From the sequence record ON529851.1: a stretch of 64,000 nucleotides of DNA. One strand, written 5' to 3'. The number at the start of each line of letters is the position of its first letter. The stretch's first letter is position 1. The notes beneath the pieces were generated by a model, which saw nothing but the letters and a program-made list of their open reading frames with translations, was not told where the DNA came from and searched no databases. Shown here piece by piece: positions 18,166 through 24,924 of this stretch. Both the position numbers and the translations under genes were made by a program.

Positions 18166-18892
18166 AATACATCTCCGCCTTGGCGTGCGGGGCGGTCAGG
18201 GCCTTGCGCCAGTCCCAGACGTACCAGGCGTAGGAGAAGCGCGGGCTCTTGGAGTCCTCGCCCGCCTTCTTCTCGATCCAGACCGGACGGAAGCGCAGGG
18301 TGATCTTGGCGATGAAGGCGGGGTGGTCGATCAGGTGGGCGCGACCCTTGGCCGTGTCCCACTCATGGCGCATCAGCATGGCGACGTAGCCCTGCTCGGC
18401 CTCCATCAACTCCAGCGCCTTCTCAACCGCCAGCACGGCTTCCTTGCCGTAGGGCGGGTTGGTGATGATGCAGTCCGGGCGGAAGCCCAGGGCCGCCTCG
18501 ACCTCGGACATGGAGATCGGACGGGCGGGCGCTTCGTTTTTCGTGACTCCGCCGTCCAGCGTCGCCTTGTCGATCGTGCGCTCCCAGGCCGCCACGGCGA
18601 TTTCGTGGGCGTCGCCGTCGGCGTAGATGTTGAAGAAGTCCAGCATCGCCGTGGGGTCGAGGCCCTCGTAGCGGTGAATGTCGCTGGTGGCTTCCAGCCG
18701 GCACAGCGGGCCGACCAGTCGGGAAATGGCGCCGTTGCCGGCAAAGGGCTCCCAGAAGGCCATCTGCTCCAGGTCGTCCTCGACCACAGAGATGAAGGCC
18801 TCGGTCGCGCGGGCCGGGGTCGGGTAGAAGTCCAGGGCGTTCCGGGGGTAGTTCGTACCCCCCAGCATGGAGGGGTCTTGACGCGTGGTCAT
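18155..18892 (-). CDS. DNA amino-methyltransferase (N6-adenine or N4-cytosine)
   Basis: DFYPTP, WEPFAGNGAI (SAM-binding), IITNPPYG (catalytic NPPY). Confidence 0.9.
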   Translation of the reverse strand: MTTRQDPSMLGGTNYPRNALDFYPTPARATEAFISVVEDDLEQMAFWEPFAGNGAISRLVGPLCRLEATSDIHRYEGLDPTAMLDFFNIYADGDAHEIAVAAWERTIDKATLDGGVTKNEAPARPISMSEVEAALGFRPDCIITNPPYGKEAVLAVEKALELMEAEQGYVAMLMRHEWDTAKGRAHLIDHPAFIAKITLRFRPVWIEKKAGEDSKSPRFSYAWYVWDWRKALTAPHAKAEMYFAG

Positions 18893-18969
18893 TCAGCAGG
18901 CCGTTTTGATGAAGGGGATGCGCGGTCGGAGCGCTTGCGGCCTTCTTGGTCTCACGATTAACCACGAAC

Positions 18970-18986
18970 GTCAAGATTTACGTCAA
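18970..18986 (-). promoter_or_regulatory. Promoter region with tandem TTGAC boxes (TTGACGTAAATCTTGAC)
   Basis: Identical 17-mer at 37006-37022; lies upstream of the replication module. Confidence 0.6.
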
Positions 18987-19011
18987 TGGGAGTCAGTTAC
19001 ACTGGCACACT

Positions 19012-19424
19012 TGCGCCGGGGCCGCCCTTGGTCTATTCGGTGGGCTTCGAGAAGACGACGAGGATCGTCGAGCGTCTCCTGGCCGCGCATGGGTCAGGAT
19101 CAACGCCGTCGTCTCAGGGAGACGCGGACCTAAGGCGATAGGGCTCCGCGTCAATGGGTGAAGTGAGGAACGGACGGCGCATCCGTGTTGGAGCCATAGT
19201 CCAGGTGGGCGATTCACTGCCTTACCCGGTCCGAGTCGCGGTGATCGAATACCGCCGCGTGACGTGACGCCGACCGACAGTAGAGGATGGCGTGACCTAA
19301 GGGGAGAGGCCCATGCAGGGCGGACCGCGTCGGACGCGGCCGCCGACTAGCCGGAGGGGCTGCACACCCGATGGACAGGATCGCCCCGCCCGCGAAGAAG
19401 CGAATGGGGGATGACGCCGGCGCG
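19012..19424. ncRNA. Candidate ~410-nt structured RNA (R1), strand uncertain
   Basis: No credible ORF; end-closing helix 19012-19019/19417-19424; several internal hairpins; motifs shared with the adjacent R2. Confidence 0.4.
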
Positions 19425-19446
19425 GCCGACACAGACGACGCGCACG

Positions 19447-19479
19447 AAAAAGGCCCCGATCTTGCGATCGGGGCCTTTT
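19447..19479. terminator. Bidirectional intrinsic terminator
   Basis: AAAAA-GGCCCCGATC-TTGC-GATCGGGGCC-TTTT. The minus strand has a GCAA loop and U5; the plus strand has U4. Confidence 0.88.
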
Positions 19480-20030
19480 GAGTCGTGGCGGGGTCCTCGG
19501 TTTTCATCGTCGCGGCCGGCGTGCCTTTCGCTAAACGATCCCGCATCTCTTCGCGCCGGGCGGACCCGGACTACTTTACCGCCGGCCCCCATACGGTGAA
19601 CCTAGAAGGCAGGGCCTCAAGCGCATCCTAGCAGCGCCATAGCGGTGTGTGAGGAAGGACTTCTCACCTCACGACCTTGGAAGTGGACGACCGGGGAAGC
19701 GTCCCGCCGGCCTGGTCGTCCGGGCATTGCGCCCTTGAAAGCGAAACGGCAGGTGGGGACGGACCCGACCTGCCGCTCTGTGACCAGGGGAGAGGCGTAC
19801 CTGTCCCGTTGGTCGGTGCGGCGGCGCATGGTCCGAAGACCAGAGGAGCCTGTGATCCGGGGTAACTCGAAAGTCCCGCGCGCTCACCCGCTGCTGTTTA
19901 TTCTGATGCCCCGTCGTTCCAGCCGGGGACTGCGTGTGGCCGTCGCCAATACCGCCTTGGTCCGTTCCAGGAGCCACCCTGCCTGAGCAGTCGCCAGCGA
20001 AGCCGTACTATAAGCGCCTCGCCGAGAAGA
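19447..20030 (-). ncRNA. Candidate ~580-nt large structured non-coding RNA (R2)
   Basis: Near-consensus promoter at 20065-20037, strong terminator at 19447, no credible ORF between them, dense hairpins including C(UUCG)G and GCAA loops on the minus strand. Confidence 0.6.
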
Positions 20031-20036
20031 GGCCGG

Positions 20037-20065
20037 ACTATAATCGTAGTTTTCTGTTATGTCAA
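20037..20065 (-). promoter_or_regulatory. Strong sigma70-like promoter
   Basis: TTGACA-N17-TATAGT just after the last lysis stop codon (20083), pointing into the ORF-free interval. Confidence 0.8.
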
Positions 20066-20082
20066 GATCGACGGCAGAAAAA

Positions 20083-20442
20083 TTAGCGGCCGAAGCGGAA
20101 AAATCGCTTCAGCGGCGATTCCGTCTCGCGCTTGTATTGCTCGGCGTAGTCGGCCTTGCGTTTCTTGGTCTCGCCGACGGTGTCATGGCAATCCGCCCAG
20201 GCGCCGTGCAGGTCCCGATCGTAGGCGGCCTTGTCCTCATCCAGACGCGGCAGTCCCGGCGCGGGGCGCGGGGGCACGACGGGCTCGTCCCGGCACTCGG
20301 TGATCGAGTCCGGGTAGAGGCTGTCAGGGGACAACAACACCGTCGGGCTGCTTGCGCAGGCCGACAGCAGCAGGCTGGTCGTCAGCAGGAGCGCCGCCAA
20401 TCGGGCGGGCTTGCGCTTCCGCGCGGCGGTCGAGGGCTTCAT
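20083..20442 (-). CDS. Outer-membrane spanin (Rz1-like lipoprotein)
   Basis: Lipobox LLLSAC, Pro-rich; partly overlaps the i-spanin in another frame. Confidence 0.8.
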   Translation of the reverse strand: MKPSTAARKRKPARLAALLLTTSLLLSACASSPTVLLSPDSLYPDSITECRDEPVVPPRPAPGLPRLDEDKAAYDRDLHGAWADCHDTVGETKKRKADYAEQYKRETESPLKRFFRFGR

Positions 20443-20857
20443 CTTGGGCTCCGTGATAGTCGGGTCGTTCGGCGGCGATACCGTCAAGGGCGGCGTCGTG
20501 TTTGCGGCCCTGGGGGGCCTGTTCAATCCGCGTGGTGATGCGGTCGTTCTGGGTGCGGCGCACGTCGCGCTGGGCGGCGCGCCGCGTCTGGGATTTCTGG
20601 GCGTCCTCGTCCGCCTGGGCCTGGCGGGCGGCGCCGGCGATCTGGGCCTCAAGGGCGTCGGCGCGCTTCTCCGAGTGGGCGAAGGCCAGGACCGCCAGAA
20701 CCAGGCCCAGGACGAACCAGGTGCGGATGTCGGCCGCGATCTTCATGACGAACGCCGGCCCCACCGTGAACCACAGGGCGACCACGGCGGCGCAGACCGC
20801 CGCAATCGTCCACAGGGTGGCGGGGTTGAGCAGGAGGGCCAGAAGGATGGAGAACAT
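20324..20857 (-). CDS. Inner-membrane spanin (Rz-like)
   Basis: N-terminal TM helices, then an Ala/Gln-rich coiled region; follows the endolysin. Confidence 0.75.
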   Translation of the reverse strand: MFSILLALLLNPATLWTIAAVCAAVVALWFTVGPAFVMKIAADIRTWFVLGLVLAVLAFAHSEKRADALEAQIAGAARQAQADEDAQKSQTRRAAQRDVRRTQNDRITTRIEQAPQGRKHDAALDGIAAERPDYHGAQDEALDRRAEAQARPIGGAPADDQPAAVGLRKQPDGVVVP

Positions 20858-21318
20858 CAGCGCTTGAACGTCACAGGGTGGATGCCCTGGCGATAGCCTG
20901 AGCCGTTGTAGGTCAGGTTCTGCTGGCGCATCCGGGGGTTGAAGGAGATGTGTACCCACCAGGCGCCGTTGGGCTTGCGCTCGTGGATCAACTGGTCGTA
21001 GTCCAGTTCGGAGGCGGCGATCTCGCGGCAGATCGCCAGGGGATCGCCGAAGCCGGGGCAGGTGAAGTCGACGGCCCAGCCCAGGGCGTGGTCGGAGTTG
21101 GGCACGCCGCCCACGGCGCGGTTGACGGCCGGGTTGCGGTAGGCCGAGTTGACCCGGATGGCGTTGTCGCCCAGCACCCAGCGCACCTGCTCCATCCGCT
21201 GGGCGGTCTGGCGCATATTCTCCAGGTGGGCTGGGGTCGGCATGTTGTCGTTGCGCAGACGAGCGGCGGCGTCTGACCGCACAAACTCTGCAAGCGTGAA
21301 ATGGTCAGACAGGCGCAT
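20857..21318 (-). CDS. Peptidase M15 family endolysin
   Basis: FTLAEF, SAYRNPAVNRAVGG..SDHALGWAVDF, DQLIHE, WVHISF (Zn ligands). Confidence 0.9.
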   Translation of the reverse strand: MRLSDHFTLAEFVRSDAAARLRNDNMPTPAHLENMRQTAQRMEQVRWVLGDNAIRVNSAYRNPAVNRAVGGVPNSDHALGWAVDFTCPGFGDPLAICREIAASELDYDQLIHERKPNGAWWVHISFNPRMRQQNLTYNGSGYRQGIHPVTFKR

Positions 21319-21839
21319 CAGTCCGTCACCCCCGTGTCCGAGGCCTTGTCGTCATCGACAGAGGGCATGGGGCGTCCGCCCCGGAAATCATTGCGGCCGC
21401 CGAACCCGCCGTAGCCGCCTCCGAAGCCGCCGCCGCTGTAGTCGTCGTCCTTCTTGCCGCCGCCGAAGCCGTAGTCGACGTTGCGCGAGGTGGACGGATC
21501 GACATCGGGATCGTCGGCGGTGGTGACCAGGGTCAGACCGGCGCCGCCCGGCCCCTTCAGCGACAGGCCCTTGATCGTGCCCAGCATCGAGATGATGACC
21601 AGGGCGAACAGGCCCAGGAAGATGTAGCCGTAGTTGATCAGGCCAGTGATGATCTGGGTCTGGAGGCCGTTGTATTCGGCCGTGTAGGTCACGGCGAACC
21701 AGACCAGCACGATGATCATGCCGACGAACAGCGGGAACAGCGACATGCCCGACAGGATGATCGACACGCGCTGGAGATGGTCCGGGCGATCGCACAGGAC
21801 GTCCATGGTGTCGCGCATCCAGCGGAAGAAGCGGCTCAT
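21318..21839 (-). CDS. Probable holin or membrane lysis protein
   Basis: Two TM helices and a Gly-rich charged tail; lies between the two endolysins. Confidence 0.55.
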   Translation of the reverse strand: MSRFFRWMRDTMDVLCDRPDHLQRVSIILSGMSLFPLFVGMIIVLVWFAVTYTAEYNGLQTQIITGLINYGYIFLGLFALVIISMLGTIKGLSLKGPGGAGLTLVTTADDPDVDPSTSRNVDYGFGGGKKDDDYSGGGFGGGYGGFGGRNDFRGGRPMPSVDDDKASDTGVTD

Positions 21840-21886
21840 GTTGTGGCGCAGCCGCAGCGGCGACGGCGAGGTCGGCCAGCCGGACA

Positions 21887-22495
21887 TCAGCGGTAGGACC
21901 AGGCGGTCTGAAGCGACTGGGCGGCGGGGTGGCCGCCGTAGACCATCAGTTCGGCCAGGCGGCGGCGATAGAGCCCCAGCGCCCACTTGCCGTTGGCGTT
22001 GGACCAGCGGGCGAAGGCGATCTGGATGTTGACCGGTTCGGCCTTGGCCTTGGACTGCGCCGCCAGGCCCGACATGGAGATGTTGCCGACCTTGCGGGCG
22101 CCCTGGGCGTGCAGACGCGCGACCGCCGAGGAGCGGAACCCGGCGGTGCCGATGTTGAAGCACATGGAGACCATGGCGTCGAACTCGCCCTGGTAGGTGC
22201 GGGCGTCGGCGATCCGGTTGACCTCGGCGACGTAGCGCTTGAGGTCGTCGGTCAGCAGGGCGTCGGCTTCGGCGACGGTGATGTGCTGTTTGCCGAACAT
22301 CCGCTGCATGGCTTCGCGGGTCAGTTGATCCGCGCGCGGGCGGCCGAAGACGTCATAGTCGATGATCTGTCCCGTCGGCGTCGTCAGGGCGTGGCCCCAG
22401 CCGATGGTCGAGACGTGGGCCGAGCAGTAATAAGGCTCGGCCTCGAACTGCTCGGTGGACTGAATCAGCTTCAGCCCTTCCGAGGAAATTTGCAT
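21887..22495 (-). CDS. GH24 phage lysozyme
   Basis: E-x8-C-x5-T triad (EQFEAEPYYCSAHVSTIGWGH), FDAMVSMCFNIG, GLYRRRLAE. Confidence 0.9.
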   Translation of the reverse strand: MQISSEGLKLIQSTEQFEAEPYYCSAHVSTIGWGHALTTPTGQIIDYDVFGRPRADQLTREAMQRMFGKQHITVAEADALLTDDLKRYVAEVNRIADARTYQGEFDAMVSMCFNIGTAGFRSSAVARLHAQGARKVGNISMSGLAAQSKAKAEPVNIQIAFARWSNANGKWALGLYRRRLAELMVYGGHPAAQSLQTAWSYR

Positions 22496-22531
22496 TGTAA
22501 TGGAGACACGGGCTGTCAAAAAGTCTGGCAG

Positions 22532-22560
22532 ATTGTGCCAGACATATTGACATTCGTCAA
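22532..22560 (-). promoter_or_regulatory. Lysis-cassette promoter with a dyad over the -35 box
   Basis: TTGACG-N17-CACAAT; the dyad TTGAC-N4-GTCAA spans 22547-22560. Confidence 0.65.
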
Positions 22561-22595
22561 GAACTCCACTAGGGGCGCGCCCGCGTCGCGCCGAC

Positions 22596-23720
22596 TCAGT
22601 CCTCGGGCGGCAGCAGCGTCAGGCCCGGCGGCACGGGCGCGCGAGGATCGATCCCGGCGGCGGTCCAGGCCCGATGCGGCACCTGGAGCGTCGATCGCCC
22701 TTCCAGCGCGCGCTCCAGCGCCTGGCTGAAGCGGGGCAGGGCCAGGCCGGTGCCGTAGGTCCAGATGTGGTCGCCGTGCCGGCGCAGGCCGAAGGAGCCG
22801 ATCTCAATGCCCGCCAGCATCAGATCGCGGCCCTCGTCGGTCTTCTCCTGGGACAGGGCGGCCTCTGGCGCGCCGAGGCGAAGCGCCAGTGCATGGGCGT
22901 CGGCCAGCATCGCCTTCCAGCCCGTGTCGCTGGCGTAGGTGGTGTCGTAGAGTTCGACCTTCATGAAGGTCGGAAAGTGCAGGTCGTCCTCGGCGTCGCC
23001 CAGCCGGAAGCAGGGCGTGCAGGCGACCATGGGGCCGTGGCCGATGGCGCCGTCTTTATCCAGGTGGAGGAAGGACTGTTCGGCGGAGCCCACCAGATAG
23101 CCCAGTCCCTCCACCCGCGCGGCGTATTCGGGGTTCGGGCAGGTGATGTCGACGGTGTCCTTGGACACCGCCCAGGGCGTCTCGACATAGCGGTAACCCT
23201 CGGCCTCGTAGAAGGCCAGGGCCTCGCCCAGCAGGGCGTAGTCGATGCGCGGCATCCGGGGCAGGTCTTTGTGAGCCGTGATGACAGGATGGCGCCCGCG
23301 CATCTGGCTGATCTCGTTGCGGATCACGCCGACCCAGCGCGACTGCTTGGGCGAGCCGGTCTCGGCGTGATCGATCGCCTCCAGCGGCTGGTCGTTGAGG
23401 TGCGCCAGCGGGGCCGACAGGCCGTAGCGCTTGTGAATTTGCGCGCGCACATAGTCGGGCCACTCAATATCGCTGGCCCGATAGAAGCGCCAGTCCGGCG
23501 GCGGCGGCGGGCTCGGACGGCGGACCTGCTCCGCCGCTATCAGGGCGCGCAGCTTGGCCTCCAGCTTGGGACCGTAGCCGGATTGGAACCAGGGCGTGGG
23601 CCGCGCCATCATGTCGTCCAGCGTCACCGTGGGGTGAAACTCCGAGGTGAAGACCGCCTCCTCGAACCGCTCCAGGTCCAGGTCGATCACAAAAACAGAA
23701 CGCCAGTCAGCGTCGTCCAT
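22596..23720 (-). CDS. Class II aminoacyl-tRNA synthetase-like catalytic core (SerRS-like, no evident tRNA-binding domain) with an unrelated N-terminal extension
   Basis: Motif 1 GYRYVETPW; LVGSAEQSF; motif 2 TPCFR..D..H...FMKVEL; GIEIGSFG; motif 3 YGTGLALPRF. Confidence 0.75.
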   Translation of the reverse strand: MDDADWRSVFVIDLDLERFEEAVFTSEFHPTVTLDDMMARPTPWFQSGYGPKLEAKLRALIAAEQVRRPSPPPPPDWRFYRASDIEWPDYVRAQIHKRYGLSAPLAHLNDQPLEAIDHAETGSPKQSRWVGVIRNEISQMRGRHPVITAHKDLPRMPRIDYALLGEALAFYEAEGYRYVETPWAVSKDTVDITCPNPEYAARVEGLGYLVGSAEQSFLHLDKDGAIGHGPMVACTPCFRLGDAEDDLHFPTFMKVELYDTTYASDTGWKAMLADAHALALRLGAPEAALSQEKTDEGRDLMLAGIEIGSFGLRRHGDHIWTYGTGLALPRFSQALERALEGRSTLQVPHRAWTAAGIDPRAPVPPGLTLLPPED

Positions 23721-24183
23721 TGACGAAAGCCCTTTCGGTGATGTCGGCCATGGTGTCCAGGTCCGCCATGGTGAGATTGAAGCGGGCGAGATAAGCCCGG
23801 ATGGCGCCCTGGAGGTCCGCCAGTTCGACCAGGCCCATGATGGTGGCACCCTGCTGGACCGCGTCGGCGAACTCGGCCGCCTCTTCGATGATCTTGGAGG
23901 GTTCGCCGAGCACGCCCTTGGCGATCGGGGTCAGGTGGTAGCCCGGTCTAACTTCCTCAGCCGCCTCGAACGGCCTCATCACCTGGGCGAACTCGTGGGC
24001 GGTCATTCCGCCGTCGTTCAGGCCGTCAAGGGCTGCGCTGGCATAGCGATCATATTGGTCTTTGTTCGGCCCTTCTCGCGACGTATCGCCGAACTCGCGC
24101 AGGCTCTCGTAGTCATGGCCGTCCCGGCGCGCGAGATGCGTCACGATTGCCGTGAACTGGCGTTGGTAGAGGTCGTCTAACAT
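23707..24183 (-). CDS. MazG/HisE-like all-alpha NTP pyrophosphohydrolase-domain protein
   Basis: C-terminal GEPSKIIEEAAEFADA..Q...LVELADL acidic metal-binding pattern; overlaps the aaRS-like start. Confidence 0.65.
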   Translation of the reverse strand: MLDDLYQRQFTAIVTHLARRDGHDYESLREFGDTSREGPNKDQYDRYASAALDGLNDGGMTAHEFAQVMRPFEAAEEVRPGYHLTPIAKGVLGEPSKIIEEAAEFADAVQQGATIMGLVELADLQGAIRAYLARFNLTMADLDTMADITERAFVNGRR

Positions 24184-24189
24184 CCGCCA

Positions 24190-24218
24190 CGGTTACGTCA
24201 GCGACCCGCTGGTGTCAA
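24190..24218 (-). promoter_or_regulatory. Promoter predicting a leaderless mRNA for the MazG-like gene
   Basis: TTGACA-N17-TAACCG ends 6 nt before the ATG at 24183. Confidence 0.55.
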
Positions 24219-24844
24219 GCAACCTGACGGTGGTTGACGGGAATCTCGTCATCCGCCAGCAGGTCCGCCAGCGGGCGTTCCGGAATATAGGTCAGCGACG
24301 ACGGCGTCGCGCGCACGATCTCGATCCCGCGTGCCTGGAGCGCCGCGATCAGGGGCGGATAGAGAGGGCCGAAGGCCTTGGTGTAGTTGGTTTCCTTGGT
24401 CGGCACCGGATGACCGGCGTGCCAATGGGAGGCCGTGCCGCCCTGGAACCCCATGTCGTAGCCCAGCAGGACGATCCGGGCGACGCCCAGGTGCAGACAC
24501 AGGTTCAGCGCCATGTAGCCGCTGTCGTGTCCGGCGAGGTGTTCAGGATCAGTCGACAGCGCCGGGCCGCCGGCCTCGAAGCGCATGTCGCGGTAGAGGC
24601 GTTCGACCCGACGATCGACGGTCGGCGAGGGCGTGAGGATGCGGCCGGAGAAGGTCGGCGGCACGCGGTCGCGATGCCAGTCCCACCAGCGGGCGTCGGC
24701 GAAGAAGAGGATGTCGGGGTCGGGGACGATCTGGTAGGCGTTGTTCAACGCGATCGTGCGTCGGTCGCGCAGTCCGCTCAGGTCCATGCCCTTCAGGCTC
24801 GGCCCGCCGCCGATGATGTAAGCCGTCTCGCCGCGCCAGTCCAT
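24215..24844 (-). CDS. DUF115/MptE/Maf-like nucleotide-binding transferase
   Basis: AYIIGGGPSL, IALNNA, FFAD, SGYMALNL...IVLLGYDM. Confidence 0.7.
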   Translation of the reverse strand: MDWRGETAYIIGGGPSLKGMDLSGLRDRRTIALNNAYQIVPDPDILFFADARWWDWHRDRVPPTFSGRILTPSPTVDRRVERLYRDMRFEAGGPALSTDPEHLAGHDSGYMALNLCLHLGVARIVLLGYDMGFQGGTASHWHAGHPVPTKETNYTKAFGPLYPPLIAALQARGIEIVRATPSSLTYIPERPLADLLADDEIPVNHRQVA

Positions 24845-24924
24845 GCGTCCCCTCTGTCAACGATCGCCGTCAGAGCCCTCATAGAGGACCCGACGGCGAT
24901 GTCAACAAGGACGGCAATGAAGGC

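Noticed and set aside
19012-19430. tmRNA or RNase P candidate (GGGGCCG start, ~410 nt, closed ends)
   Set aside because: No G3-U70 pair, CCA end or tag reading frame; no GAGGAAAGUCC P4 motif.
19846-19885. Plus-strand hairpin GAGCC...GAU-C-CGGG-GUAA-CUCG-A-AA-GUC...GCUC resembling group II intron domain V, with a GUGCG about 30 nt upstream
   Set aside because: The lower stem is irregular, there is no D6 or branch A, no RT/maturase is nearby, the 5' GUGCG is misplaced, and the promoter and UUCG loops favour the minus strand. Worth revisiting only if a plus-strand transcript is found.
19190-20045. Group I intron-like S elements (UAGUCC) and GACUA
   Set aside because: The R and S elements are in the wrong order or about 300 nt apart, no P/Q elements were found, and no interrupted gene flanks them.
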